48,498 nucleotides of DNA, taken from the NCBI GenBank assembly GCA_049599475.1, contig JBMYOQ010000022.1, positions 1-48,498 of the forward strand, read 5' to 3'. Position 1 is the first letter of the stretch, and the number at the start of each line of letters is the position of its first letter. The translations under genes and the position numbers were made by a program. Below are positions 9,227 to 17,063 of the stretch, piece by piece. The notes under the pieces are model-generated. The model saw nothing but the letters and a program-made list of their open reading frames with translations. It was not told the DNA's origin and made no database searches. The DNA is from Opitutales bacterium. GTDB lineage: Bacteria; Verrucomicrobiota; Verrucomicrobiia; Opitutales; JABSRG01.

Positions 9227-10023
9227 CCCCAGACTCCTGCGAGCAAAAACACGAATAGCACGCCCCAGTCTGCAATTAGGCTAAAACTAGCCTGACTCAG
9301 TATCGCCCGACGGTTGAGCAACCACGCTAATCCCGCCAAATACACAACGGCCCAAAACGCAAAGGGGATCGAGACCCACATAGCAGTCAACCCAGCCAAT
9401 ATCGCGAGCGCCATGATAGTTCTACGCTGCCCCTCGTCTGCACTGAAGGCCGAAAGCTCCCCACGCAAGCTATCAAGTTCTCGCTCATTCCAGCTCACTG
9501 CCATGCAATTCAGCGCACAAGCACAGCCCACCGCGATCAGCGCACATATTGAAGACACAGTCCAGTCCCAGGGAGCAAAACCGCCCGCTACCAAACCAAA
9601 CAAAATGCCAATAATAATCTCTTTCTGCGGCCCCTTCCAAATCCGTCGCTGAGTGCCCACCGTGTAGGCCACGCTCATAGCTCCCAGAAGAAGCCCGTAG
9701 AGCCAACTCCCGACCGACAGCGCGAGCACACTAATAACTACATCTAAAACTAGAACTGCGCACCAAACCCGCTGCCAAACAATGGGATTTTGGACAAAGA
9801 CCCGATGCCTCGGAGAATGCAGTGCCGCCCGCGGGTGACGCTGCGCATCCATCCATCGATCTCCCACGTAAGCTAACCAAACAGTCAGAAAAACAATGAT
9901 CATCGTCGCCCCGTCGGCTACGCGACCATCCAGCCGACAGACCATCCAATACGCGCTTACCGCGACAGCCGGCGCATCAAGGCATAGCTGATGTATCCGG
10001 TAAGCACTATTTAAAAGAGACAT
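9223..10023 (-). CDS. UbiA-prenyltransferase-like integral membrane protein
   Basis: About 8 TM segments; WLAYVGDRWMD and downstream RH / KE / NC...ERELD motifs; 4-bp overlap with the methyltransferase. Confidence 0.65.
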   Translation of the reverse strand: MSLLNSAYRIHQLCLDAPAVAVSAYWMVCRLDGRVADGATMIIVFLTVWLAYVGDRWMDAQRHPRAALHSPRHRVFVQNPIVWQRVWCAVLVLDVVISVLALSVGSWLYGLLLGAMSVAYTVGTQRRIWKGPQKEIIIGILFGLVAGGFAPWDWTVSSICALIAVGCACALNCMAVSWNERELDSLRGELSAFSADEGQRRTIMALAILAGLTAMWVSIPFAFWAVVYLAGLAWLLNRRAILSQASFSLIADWGVLFVFLLAGVWG

Positions 10024-10109
10024 AGCGACCATTCCTCGCTCGTCGCCGCCCGCTTGTCAAAACCTATGGCTGCTTGCAATCTGCGACGGCTCAGGCTTCT
10101 TTGTTGCCG

Positions 10110-10631
10110 ATGGGTATTTTCCGAAAGTCCAAGCTCCCCCCGATCCTCCTAGCCCTGATCGGGCTATTTGCCTTCACAGCCTGCGATCGCAGCGAGCTTG
10201 GCGAGGAGGCAGCGCGTGAACGCCTGCGCAAGGCTTTCACCGAGGCGAGCAATAATCGCGACATTCCAGCCATGCTCGACCTTTTCTGCTGGGATAACGT
10301 CGAAGACCGCTATCGCTCAATGATCGAAGTTGCTGTGCAGAACGAGATCCACTACCCGCTCAAAAAAATCACGTTTCACCCCATCAAGCCTGATGACTCC
10401 ATCGATTTCGATTTCCGAGGCACCCCCTACGTGGCCAATTTGGAGCCACGTCTACGTATGGGTGTCGAGTACACGACCGAGGATTTTTTCACGGTTTCCT
10501 ACCTCTTGGGCTTTCAGGACGGAGCCTACAAATTGATCAACGCTGCTCCCAAAAGTGTCGTTAGGCCCACCGTTTCCGCTCAAATTCCGGAAAATCCCGT
10601 CGAAATTACCCCCGAACCGCCTAGCCAGTAA
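10110..10631 (+). CDS. Hypothetical lipoprotein (start trimmed to ATG 10110)
   Basis: Basic N-terminus, hydrophobic stretch, lipobox FTAC. Confidence 0.7.
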   Translation: MGIFRKSKLPPILLALIGLFAFTACDRSELGEEAARERLRKAFTEASNNRDIPAMLDLFCWDNVEDRYRSMIEVAVQNEIHYPLKKITFHPIKPDDSIDFDFRGTPYVANLEPRLRMGVEYTTEDFFTVSYLLGFQDGAYKLINAAPKSVVRPTVSAQIPENPVEITPEPPSQ

Positions 10632-10730
10632 TTTTCACTATTGACCTAGTATGCTAGACTGTTCGCTACTCTTTCATTCCGCACCCGACTTTCGGGCAAA
10701 CCTTGAGCATATCTAAACCTTCTTTAAGCT

Positions 10731-11066
10731 ATGAAAATCAAAGCATACCTGAAGCCGACTTGTGGTTGGAGCATGGGCGTCCGCGCTATCTTCGACAAAT
10801 ATAAGCTCGAATACACAGACTTGGATATCATCAATAACCGCGACCTCTACGCCGAAATGGTGGAGAAGACCGGCCAGCCGCTGTCTCCGTGTGTTGAGAT
10901 TGACGGTGTCATGCTCGCTGATGTCTCAGGCGAAGAGGTAGAGAACTACATGCTCAGCAATGGACTCATCCAGCCAAACGACACCAAACCGTTTGCTCCG
11001 ACGAATACCAATTGCAAAGGGGAAACAGCCGCCGAGATCGAAGAGAAAACGGTCCGCTTCCTCTAA
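10731..11066 (+). CDS. Glutaredoxin-like protein (CGWS, CxxS type)
   Basis: YLKPTCGWS active site, TGQPLSPCVEIDG cis-Pro region. Confidence 0.88.
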   Translation: MKIKAYLKPTCGWSMGVRAIFDKYKLEYTDLDIINNRDLYAEMVEKTGQPLSPCVEIDGVMLADVSGEEVENYMLSNGLIQPNDTKPFAPTNTNCKGETAAEIEEKTVRFL

Positions 11067-11089
11067 GAACCTACCCGATCAAATTCTTC

Positions 11090-11122
11090 GAAGGCCGGGC
11101 TAGAGTTCACTCACCGGTCTTC
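11090..11122 (+). terminator. Stem-loop between glutaredoxin and gltB (weak U-tract)
   Basis: GAAGGCCGG (11090-11098) / CCGGTCTTC (11114-11122). Confidence 0.4.
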
Positions 11123-11229
11123 AATTGTCTTTGGACCCCGCACACTGCCAGTATCTTACCAATCCTAATCCGCACTCCGAAGTCACGCCCCTGACCTAGC
11201 GAAATAAGCAATACCTTCTAGCGATATCC

Positions 11230-14200
11230 ATGGATTTCACTAAGCAAAATACTTCCGAACACACAGACCTCCCTTTCCACCAGCTCTACGATCGCGAGCT
11301 GGACTACGATAGCTGTGGCGTCGGCTTCATCACACGCAAAGACGGGCAGCAGACTCACGACCTCATGCTTAAGGGGCACGAGTCTCTCTGCGTAATTCCT
11401 CACCGGGGTGGCATGAGTTCCGAAGGCATCGGCGACGGCGCAGGTATCAACATGGATATCTCCCGCAAGTTCTTCGCGAAGGTCGTCGGCAAGGAATCCC
11501 TTGAAGAAGGCGAATTCGGCGTGGCCAATTTCTTTTTTCCGCTCAAGGAGGAGAAACACGATTTCACGCGCCAGCTCATCGAGGACAAGTGCGAAGAATT
11601 CAAGCTCCCCTTGCTACAATGGCGCGACGTCCCAGTAGATAATACTGTTCTCAACGAAGAGTCAGCTGCAGCTCAACAACTCATCCGCCAGCTCGTATTT
11701 GGCAGACCAGAATCCTTAAAAGACGCTTCGCAAGCTGAATTTGATCAGCTTATCAACGACACTCTAATCGCGATCGAGGCCGTCGCCTACAGCGAAGAGG
11801 GGATGGAAGGCTTCTACCCGCTTTCCATGAGCTCACGCACCATGGTTTACAAAGGGCGCCTCAACTCTGGAGAAGTCGTTCCCTATTTCTTGGATCTGAC
11901 CGACCCAGATCATGAGATCAGCATTTTCATGTTCCACACGCGGTTCTCGACGAATACCGAGCCCGCCACCTTCATGGCTCAGCCTTTCCGCTGGATGGCC
12001 CACAACGGTGAGCTGAATACGGACAAGAAGAATCGCTTGAGTGAGGACGCGATCGCGAAGCAAAAGAACAAGCGCGTCATTTTCCCGAAGGGTCAATCCG
12101 ACTCCGCGCGCCTCGACCAAACACTCGCCCGCCGCATCATCGAAGATAAGTTGGACATCGTAACAGCCGTCCGTGCGATGATGCCTCCTGCCTGGGAAAA
12201 CGACCCGACCCTCGACCCTAAGGTCCAGGCGATGTTCGAGTATTTCAGCCTCTATGAGGAGAAAAACGACGGTCCCGCAGCACTCGTATTTAGTGATGGA
12301 AACATCGTAGGTGCCGCGCTCGACCGCATGGGCCTCCGCCCTCTCCGCACAGTCGAGACCCATGAATACCTTGCTGTAACGTCCGAGGCTGGACAGATCG
12401 AATTCGACCCTCAAAACGTCATTCGACGTGGCCGCATCGAATCGGGCGGTATTCTGTATTTCGACCACGATCGCGGTCAGTGCTACATCACCGAACAGGT
12501 GGATGAGCAGCTCGCATCTAAGGACAACTATGCCGAACTCGTCGAAAAGCGCTCCGTAAAGCTCGAAGACCTCCCCGAGTATAAACTCGAAGATCTTGAT
12601 GAAGCTCACGAATTTTCCATCGAGCAGCGCCACGTCGCATACTCGATGAACCAAGAGAGCTTCCGTTTCCTTCTGGACCCCATGATCGTCACCGCCGGTG
12701 AAAAGATCAGCGCCATGGGTTATGGCCTCGCCAGCAACACCATGAACGCGTCCGAAGGTGGAATGGCTCGCTACTTCAGCCAGCGCTTCGCCCAGGTTAC
12801 GAATCCGCCTCTCGATTCCATTCGTGAGAAGGACGGCATGACCCTCCGTGTTTCGATCGGCGCAAAGCCCAATTTCTCCGAAGGCACCAGCAAGCAAATC
12901 GTGCTCAATACACCCGTGCTGCAGCGCCACCAGCTCGAGCAGATCCGTGCGCAAAAGATCACACCCGTCCACGAAGTTGAAATCCTATTCACTCCGAGCA
13001 AAGACGCCGCTGAAAACGAGGCCAACCTAGAAAATGCGGTCAATGCGATCTGCGCCCAGGTGAAGAAAATCGCCGCCGAGGAGCCAGGAATCATCATTCT
13101 GAGCGACAAGAAAATCGGCCTCAAGCAAGCCGCCATTCCAGCCATGCTCGCAATCGCGGCGACAAACCAAGCCCTCATCGAGAGCGGTTTGCGTTTCAAC
13201 GCAGCGATCATCATGGAGACGGGTCAAGCATCCAGCTCTCACCACGTCGCCTCTATCCTCGGATTCGGCGCGCATGCAATTTGCCCGCTAACCGTTCACA
13301 ACCGCATTATGACCCTCAATGGGGGCGAGCAGTTGGAGAAGGGTCTGAAGAATTTCGATAAGGCAATCGCCAAGTCTCTACTAAAGACCATGGGCAAGTT
13401 TGGCCTGTGCACCGCAGAGAGTTATATCGGCGGTGAGTTCTTCGAGTCGAACTACCTCGACACCACAGATGAGCGCCTATCGCACCACTTCCCGAACCTG
13501 AACTCTCCTGTCGGGGGTGCCGGATTCAGTGAGATCGCTGCGAGCGCTGCCGAGTGGCACTTCAAGGCCCTAAGCATCCACCAGGAAGCGGACATCCCAC
13601 ACCTCGGTCTGTTCAAGGAACGCCAAGACGGTGCGGGCCACACTTTCGGTCTCACCGCTGTTCAAGAATACAAGAACATGACCAGCGAGGAGATGCTCTA
13701 CGCAGCCGACGAAGAGATCGCCTACATTTTCGAGAAGCATGAACTCAACGGCGAGAAGAACGCTGAAGCACTCAAGGCAATGGTCGCGCTCTACTCGGAG
13801 ATCGCAGGCATGGTGGATCAGCACGAGGATGTCACCAAGACAATCGAGCAAACATTCGTTTACTACGGCCTAGATAAGAATCCAAAGGCCATGAGCGAGG
13901 TAAAGGCCGTGCTGACAAAGCGCGTAAAGCAGTCACAAGCTCAAGCGATCGACGATCTCTTTGAAGGCCAACACGACGAAGAGCCCGAGCAGATCAAGAA
14001 TGCTCTGAACGAGTTGGTAAATGGAGACAAGCATCCATCCGACCTCGCATACAAGCTCTTTGGCTACGGCAAGCGCACACCTGAGCAGATTGACCAGTTC
14101 AAGCTGACACGCGCCTACAAGAACTTCGTAAAGCGCATGGCCGAGAGCCGCGCAGAGCGCCCTGCTGCCCTGCGCGATATTCTCTATTTCCCTGCCGATA

Positions 14201-16983
14201 TCCGCCGCGCACAGACTGTTGAAGACTTCACGGAAATCCTCGGACAACAGAATATCCTGGGCAACGCGCACATCGCAGTCCAAGGCCTCGAAGTCACTCA
14301 AGAGGGCGATGCGTTCAAGGCAGTCCTTTCTGATAGCAACGTGCTCAAGCTCGCAAGCCTCCGCCAACACTGGCTGGACCGCTTCCCAGGAGCTGAAATC
14401 GAAGCCAAGGATGACCATCTACTCATTACTTCGGCTTCTCCGCTCATGGAGAATTACCTGGGCAAGCTCTGCCCAGCGCCTAAGCCGCTCGACCTCAAAG
14501 AAATTCAACCAGCTCACGAGATCACACCTCGCCTCACCGCAGGCGCGATGAGTCACGGTGCGCTGGTCGGAGTCGTCCACGAAGCAGTATCCCAAGGGGC
14601 CAATATCGCAGGCGCCCTGAGTAATTCAGGAGAAGGTGGAGAAAAGTCTTACCGCTACAACACGATCAAGAGTAGCTCGATCAAGCAGATCGCATCGGGC
14701 CGCTTCGGTGTCTGGGCTGGCTACTTCGCAGATCCAAATCTCCAAGAGATCGAGATCAAGATCGCTCAGGGTGCAAAGCCGGGTGAAGGCGGCCAGCTAC
14801 CGGGCCACAAGGTGAATCTCGAGATTGCCTCTTCGCGTGGTGGCACACCGCTTGTCGAGCTTGTCAGCCCACCCCCGCACCACGACACCTATTCGATCGA
14901 AGACCTGGCTCAGCTTATCCACGACGCTCACGCCGCTCGCGTGAAGGTGATCGTGAAGCTCGTGTCTTCCGAGGGCATTGGCACGATCGCAGTCGGCGTG
15001 GCCAAGGCAGGAGCCGACGTCATCAACGTAGCAGGCTCCACCGGAGGCACCGGTGCAGCGGCCGTTACCAGTTTAAAAAATACCGGGCGCTCGGCAGAGC
15101 TCGGTATTGCAGAAGTCCACAAGGCACTGAGCCTCAACGGTATTCGCGACAAGGTCATCCTCCGCGCGAGTAACGCCCACCAGACCGGTTCAGACGTCGT
15201 AAAGTCTGCCATCATGGGCGCGGATTCTTTCGAATTCGGAACCACAGCTTTGATGATGCTCAAGTGCGTCATGGCGAAGAACTGTAATGTAAAATGCCCA
15301 GCGGGTCTTACCACGAACCCTGAGATGTTCGAAGGGGATGCGCGCGCACTTGCTCAATTCTTCCTAAATATCGCTCACGATGTGCGCCGCATTTTGGCTC
15401 GCCTCGGCTACAAGAGCCTCAAGGACATCCGCGGTAAATCACGTCTGCTCCATCTCATCGATCACGCTACAATTCACGGCAAGCTCGACTTCCGTGACTT
15501 CCTAGGAGAAGTCGAAGAGAAGGTCGTTGAAAACCCTATTTACGTCCAAGCGGAATACGCCAAGGACGACATCGTCTGGCCAAAGGTCCTCGAAGATATG
15601 ATGAAGGGGAATGCCGAGCAGCTTGTGTTTGAAGGGCCTGATTTCAAGCTGGAGAACCGCGACAAGACTATGGGCGGCCAACTCGCCATCGACATCGAGC
15701 GCTACCTCGCTCACCAGATGCCACCGGATGCCGAGATCCAGTCTCCTGCGATCAAGGTCGGCAAAAAGGGACGCAAGTTCTTGGCGGCAGACAGCGTTGT
15801 CATCAAAACCAGCAATTCCGCGGGACAGTCCTTCGGTTGCTGGATGAATGACGGGATGCTCCTCGAACACACCGGAACCTGTAACGACGGCGTCGGCAAG
15901 GGTGCTTGTGGTGGCGTCGCGGCGATCAAATCGCCAGGCGGCGGTAGCCTAAAGGCCGGCGAAAACGTCCTGATCGGAAACTTCGCGCTCTTTGGAGCCA
16001 GCGGAGGACAGCTTTATGTAAACGGTGAAGCGGGTGACCGTTTCGCAGTGCGGAATTCCGGTGCCCTCGCAGTCGTCGAAGGTGTCGGTGACTTCTGCTG
16101 CGAATACATGACCAGCGGTGCCGTGCTCAACCTCGGTAGCTTCGGCAAAGGCTTCTGCAACGGAATGTCTGGAGGCAACGCCTACCAGTACGATCCAAAC
16201 GACATGCTGAAGCACCGCTACAGTGCGGACTCCGTCATCATCCAGCCGCTCGACGCCGGCACCGACGAGGCACAAGCACACGAGGCGATCGCCAAGTCCA
16301 TGCTTGAGCACCACGTAAAACGCACTGGCTCCGTGCTCGCACAAAAGATTTTGGACAGCTGGAACTACGAGCGCCAGTTCTTCAAATACGCGACTCCTCG
16401 TGCACTCTATCGCACGCAGACCGTAGAAGGCATCCTCAAAGTCATGGATCCCAAAGCCATGGTCGAGGAGCTTGCGTTCGCAGTCGCCGAGTCCGAGCTC
16501 GATCTTCTCCTGACAGCCTATCAGCAAAAGCAGACCATTCTCGACGGCCGCGTCCCCAACTATGGTGAGTTCGATACGCCAGATATGTTTAAGCTGCTCA
16601 ACAGCTACTCACACCTGGCCAAAGCCACTGAAATGGCACGCGACAATGCCAAGAAGCGCGGTCTCGAAGAGACTGGACGCCACATTGACGCCTTTGTCCG
16701 CAATTTGATCGAGACCAAGGACCGCAAGCTCCTTGAAACGATTGCCAAGGACACACGTGCTGCACTATCAGGCTTCTCACCCGAAGAATTGGCGTCGAAA
16801 CTCGCTCAAAAGCGAATCAACGACTACAAAACATCCATGGTCGAACGAGATATCCAAGATAACAACTCCCTCGGCTCTTCCGCGTGGATCCTCAAACAAG
16901 AGCGCACAAATATTGAAGCCAAGGACCACAGACTGAAATTCGACGAAGCTTTTGCAGGAAAAATCCTACAAAAATTTTCGTAA
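11230..16983 (+). CDS. gltB: Atypical large glutamate synthase alpha subunit (1917 aa)
   Basis: N-terminal nucleophile CGVGFI, GDGAGI, RFSTNT, HNGELNT, FAQVTNPPLD, NSGEGGE, KQIASGRFGV, EIKIAQGAKPGEGGQLPGHKV, SPPPHHD, three-Cys cluster, GXGXG beta-helix (AGDRFAVRNSG, CEYMTSG). Confidence 0.95.
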   Translation: MDFTKQNTSEHTDLPFHQLYDRELDYDSCGVGFITRKDGQQTHDLMLKGHESLCVIPHRGGMSSEGIGDGAGINMDISRKFFAKVVGKESLEEGEFGVANFFFPLKEEKHDFTRQLIEDKCEEFKLPLLQWRDVPVDNTVLNEESAAAQQLIRQLVFGRPESLKDASQAEFDQLINDTLIAIEAVAYSEEGMEGFYPLSMSSRTMVYKGRLNSGEVVPYFLDLTDPDHEISIFMFHTRFSTNTEPATFMAQPFRWMAHNGELNTDKKNRLSEDAIAKQKNKRVIFPKGQSDSARLDQTLARRIIEDKLDIVTAVRAMMPPAWENDPTLDPKVQAMFEYFSLYEEKNDGPAALVFSDGNIVGAALDRMGLRPLRTVETHEYLAVTSEAGQIEFDPQNVIRRGRIESGGILYFDHDRGQCYITEQVDEQLASKDNYAELVEKRSVKLEDLPEYKLEDLDEAHEFSIEQRHVAYSMNQESFRFLLDPMIVTAGEKISAMGYGLASNTMNASEGGMARYFSQRFAQVTNPPLDSIREKDGMTLRVSIGAKPNFSEGTSKQIVLNTPVLQRHQLEQIRAQKITPVHEVEILFTPSKDAAENEANLENAVNAICAQVKKIAAEEPGIIILSDKKIGLKQAAIPAMLAIAATNQALIESGLRFNAAIIMETGQASSSHHVASILGFGAHAICPLTVHNRIMTLNGGEQLEKGLKNFDKAIAKSLLKTMGKFGLCTAESYIGGEFFESNYLDTTDERLSHHFPNLNSPVGGAGFSEIAASAAEWHFKALSIHQEADIPHLGLFKERQDGAGHTFGLTAVQEYKNMTSEEMLYAADEEIAYIFEKHELNGEKNAEALKAMVALYSEIAGMVDQHEDVTKTIEQTFVYYGLDKNPKAMSEVKAVLTKRVKQSQAQAIDDLFEGQHDEEPEQIKNALNELVNGDKHPSDLAYKLFGYGKRTPEQIDQFKLTRAYKNFVKRMAESRAERPAALRDILYFPADIRRAQTVEDFTEILGQQNILGNAHIAVQGLEVTQEGDAFKAVLSDSNVLKLASLRQHWLDRFPGAEIEAKDDHLLITSASPLMENYLGKLCPAPKPLDLKEIQPAHEITPRLTAGAMSHGALVGVVHEAVSQGANIAGALSNSGEGGEKSYRYNTIKSSSIKQIASGRFGVWAGYFADPNLQEIEIKIAQGAKPGEGGQLPGHKVNLEIASSRGGTPLVELVSPPPHHDTYSIEDLAQLIHDAHAARVKVIVKLVSSEGIGTIAVGVAKAGADVINVAGSTGGTGAAAVTSLKNTGRSAELGIAEVHKALSLNGIRDKVILRASNAHQTGSDVVKSAIMGADSFEFGTTALMMLKCVMAKNCNVKCPAGLTTNPEMFEGDARALAQFFLNIAHDVRRILARLGYKSLKDIRGKSRLLHLIDHATIHGKLDFRDFLGEVEEKVVENPIYVQAEYAKDDIVWPKVLEDMMKGNAEQLVFEGPDFKLENRDKTMGGQLAIDIERYLAHQMPPDAEIQSPAIKVGKKGRKFLAADSVVIKTSNSAGQSFGCWMNDGMLLEHTGTCNDGVGKGACGGVAAIKSPGGGSLKAGENVLIGNFALFGASGGQLYVNGEAGDRFAVRNSGALAVVEGVGDFCCEYMTSGAVLNLGSFGKGFCNGMSGGNAYQYDPNDMLKHRYSADSVIIQPLDAGTDEAQAHEAIAKSMLEHHVKRTGSVLAQKILDSWNYERQFFKYATPRALYRTQTVEGILKVMDPKAMVEELAFAVAESELDLLLTAYQQKQTILDGRVPNYGEFDTPDMFKLLNSYSHLAKATEMARDNAKKRGLEETGRHIDAFVRNLIETKDRKLLETIAKDTRAALSGFSPEELASKLAQKRINDYKTSMVERDIQDNNSLGSSAWILKQERTNIEAKDHRLKFDEAFAGKILQKFS

Positions 16984-16992
16984 TCCCTGATT

Positions 16993-17046
16993 GATCTGAA
17001 CGATTTCGCACTTAGAACGTTCGTCTTCGCGCGAATCGTTCCGATC
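16993..17046 (+). other. Intercistronic stem-loop between gltB and the diflavin reductase gene
   Basis: GATCTGAACGATTTCGC (16993-17009) / GCGAATCGTTCCGATC (17031-17046); no U-tract. Confidence 0.55.
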
Positions 17047-17063
17047 CAGATTTAGCTTATTCG

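Noticed and set aside
11833..12972. 379-aa antisense ORF within gltB, and many similar shadow ORFs
   Set aside because: It lies opposite a highly conserved gene, is explained by codon bias, and has no recognisable motifs.
13660..14472. GltB insertions as inteins
   Set aside because: No C/S start with a His-Asn end followed by C/S/T, and no LAGLIDADG motifs.
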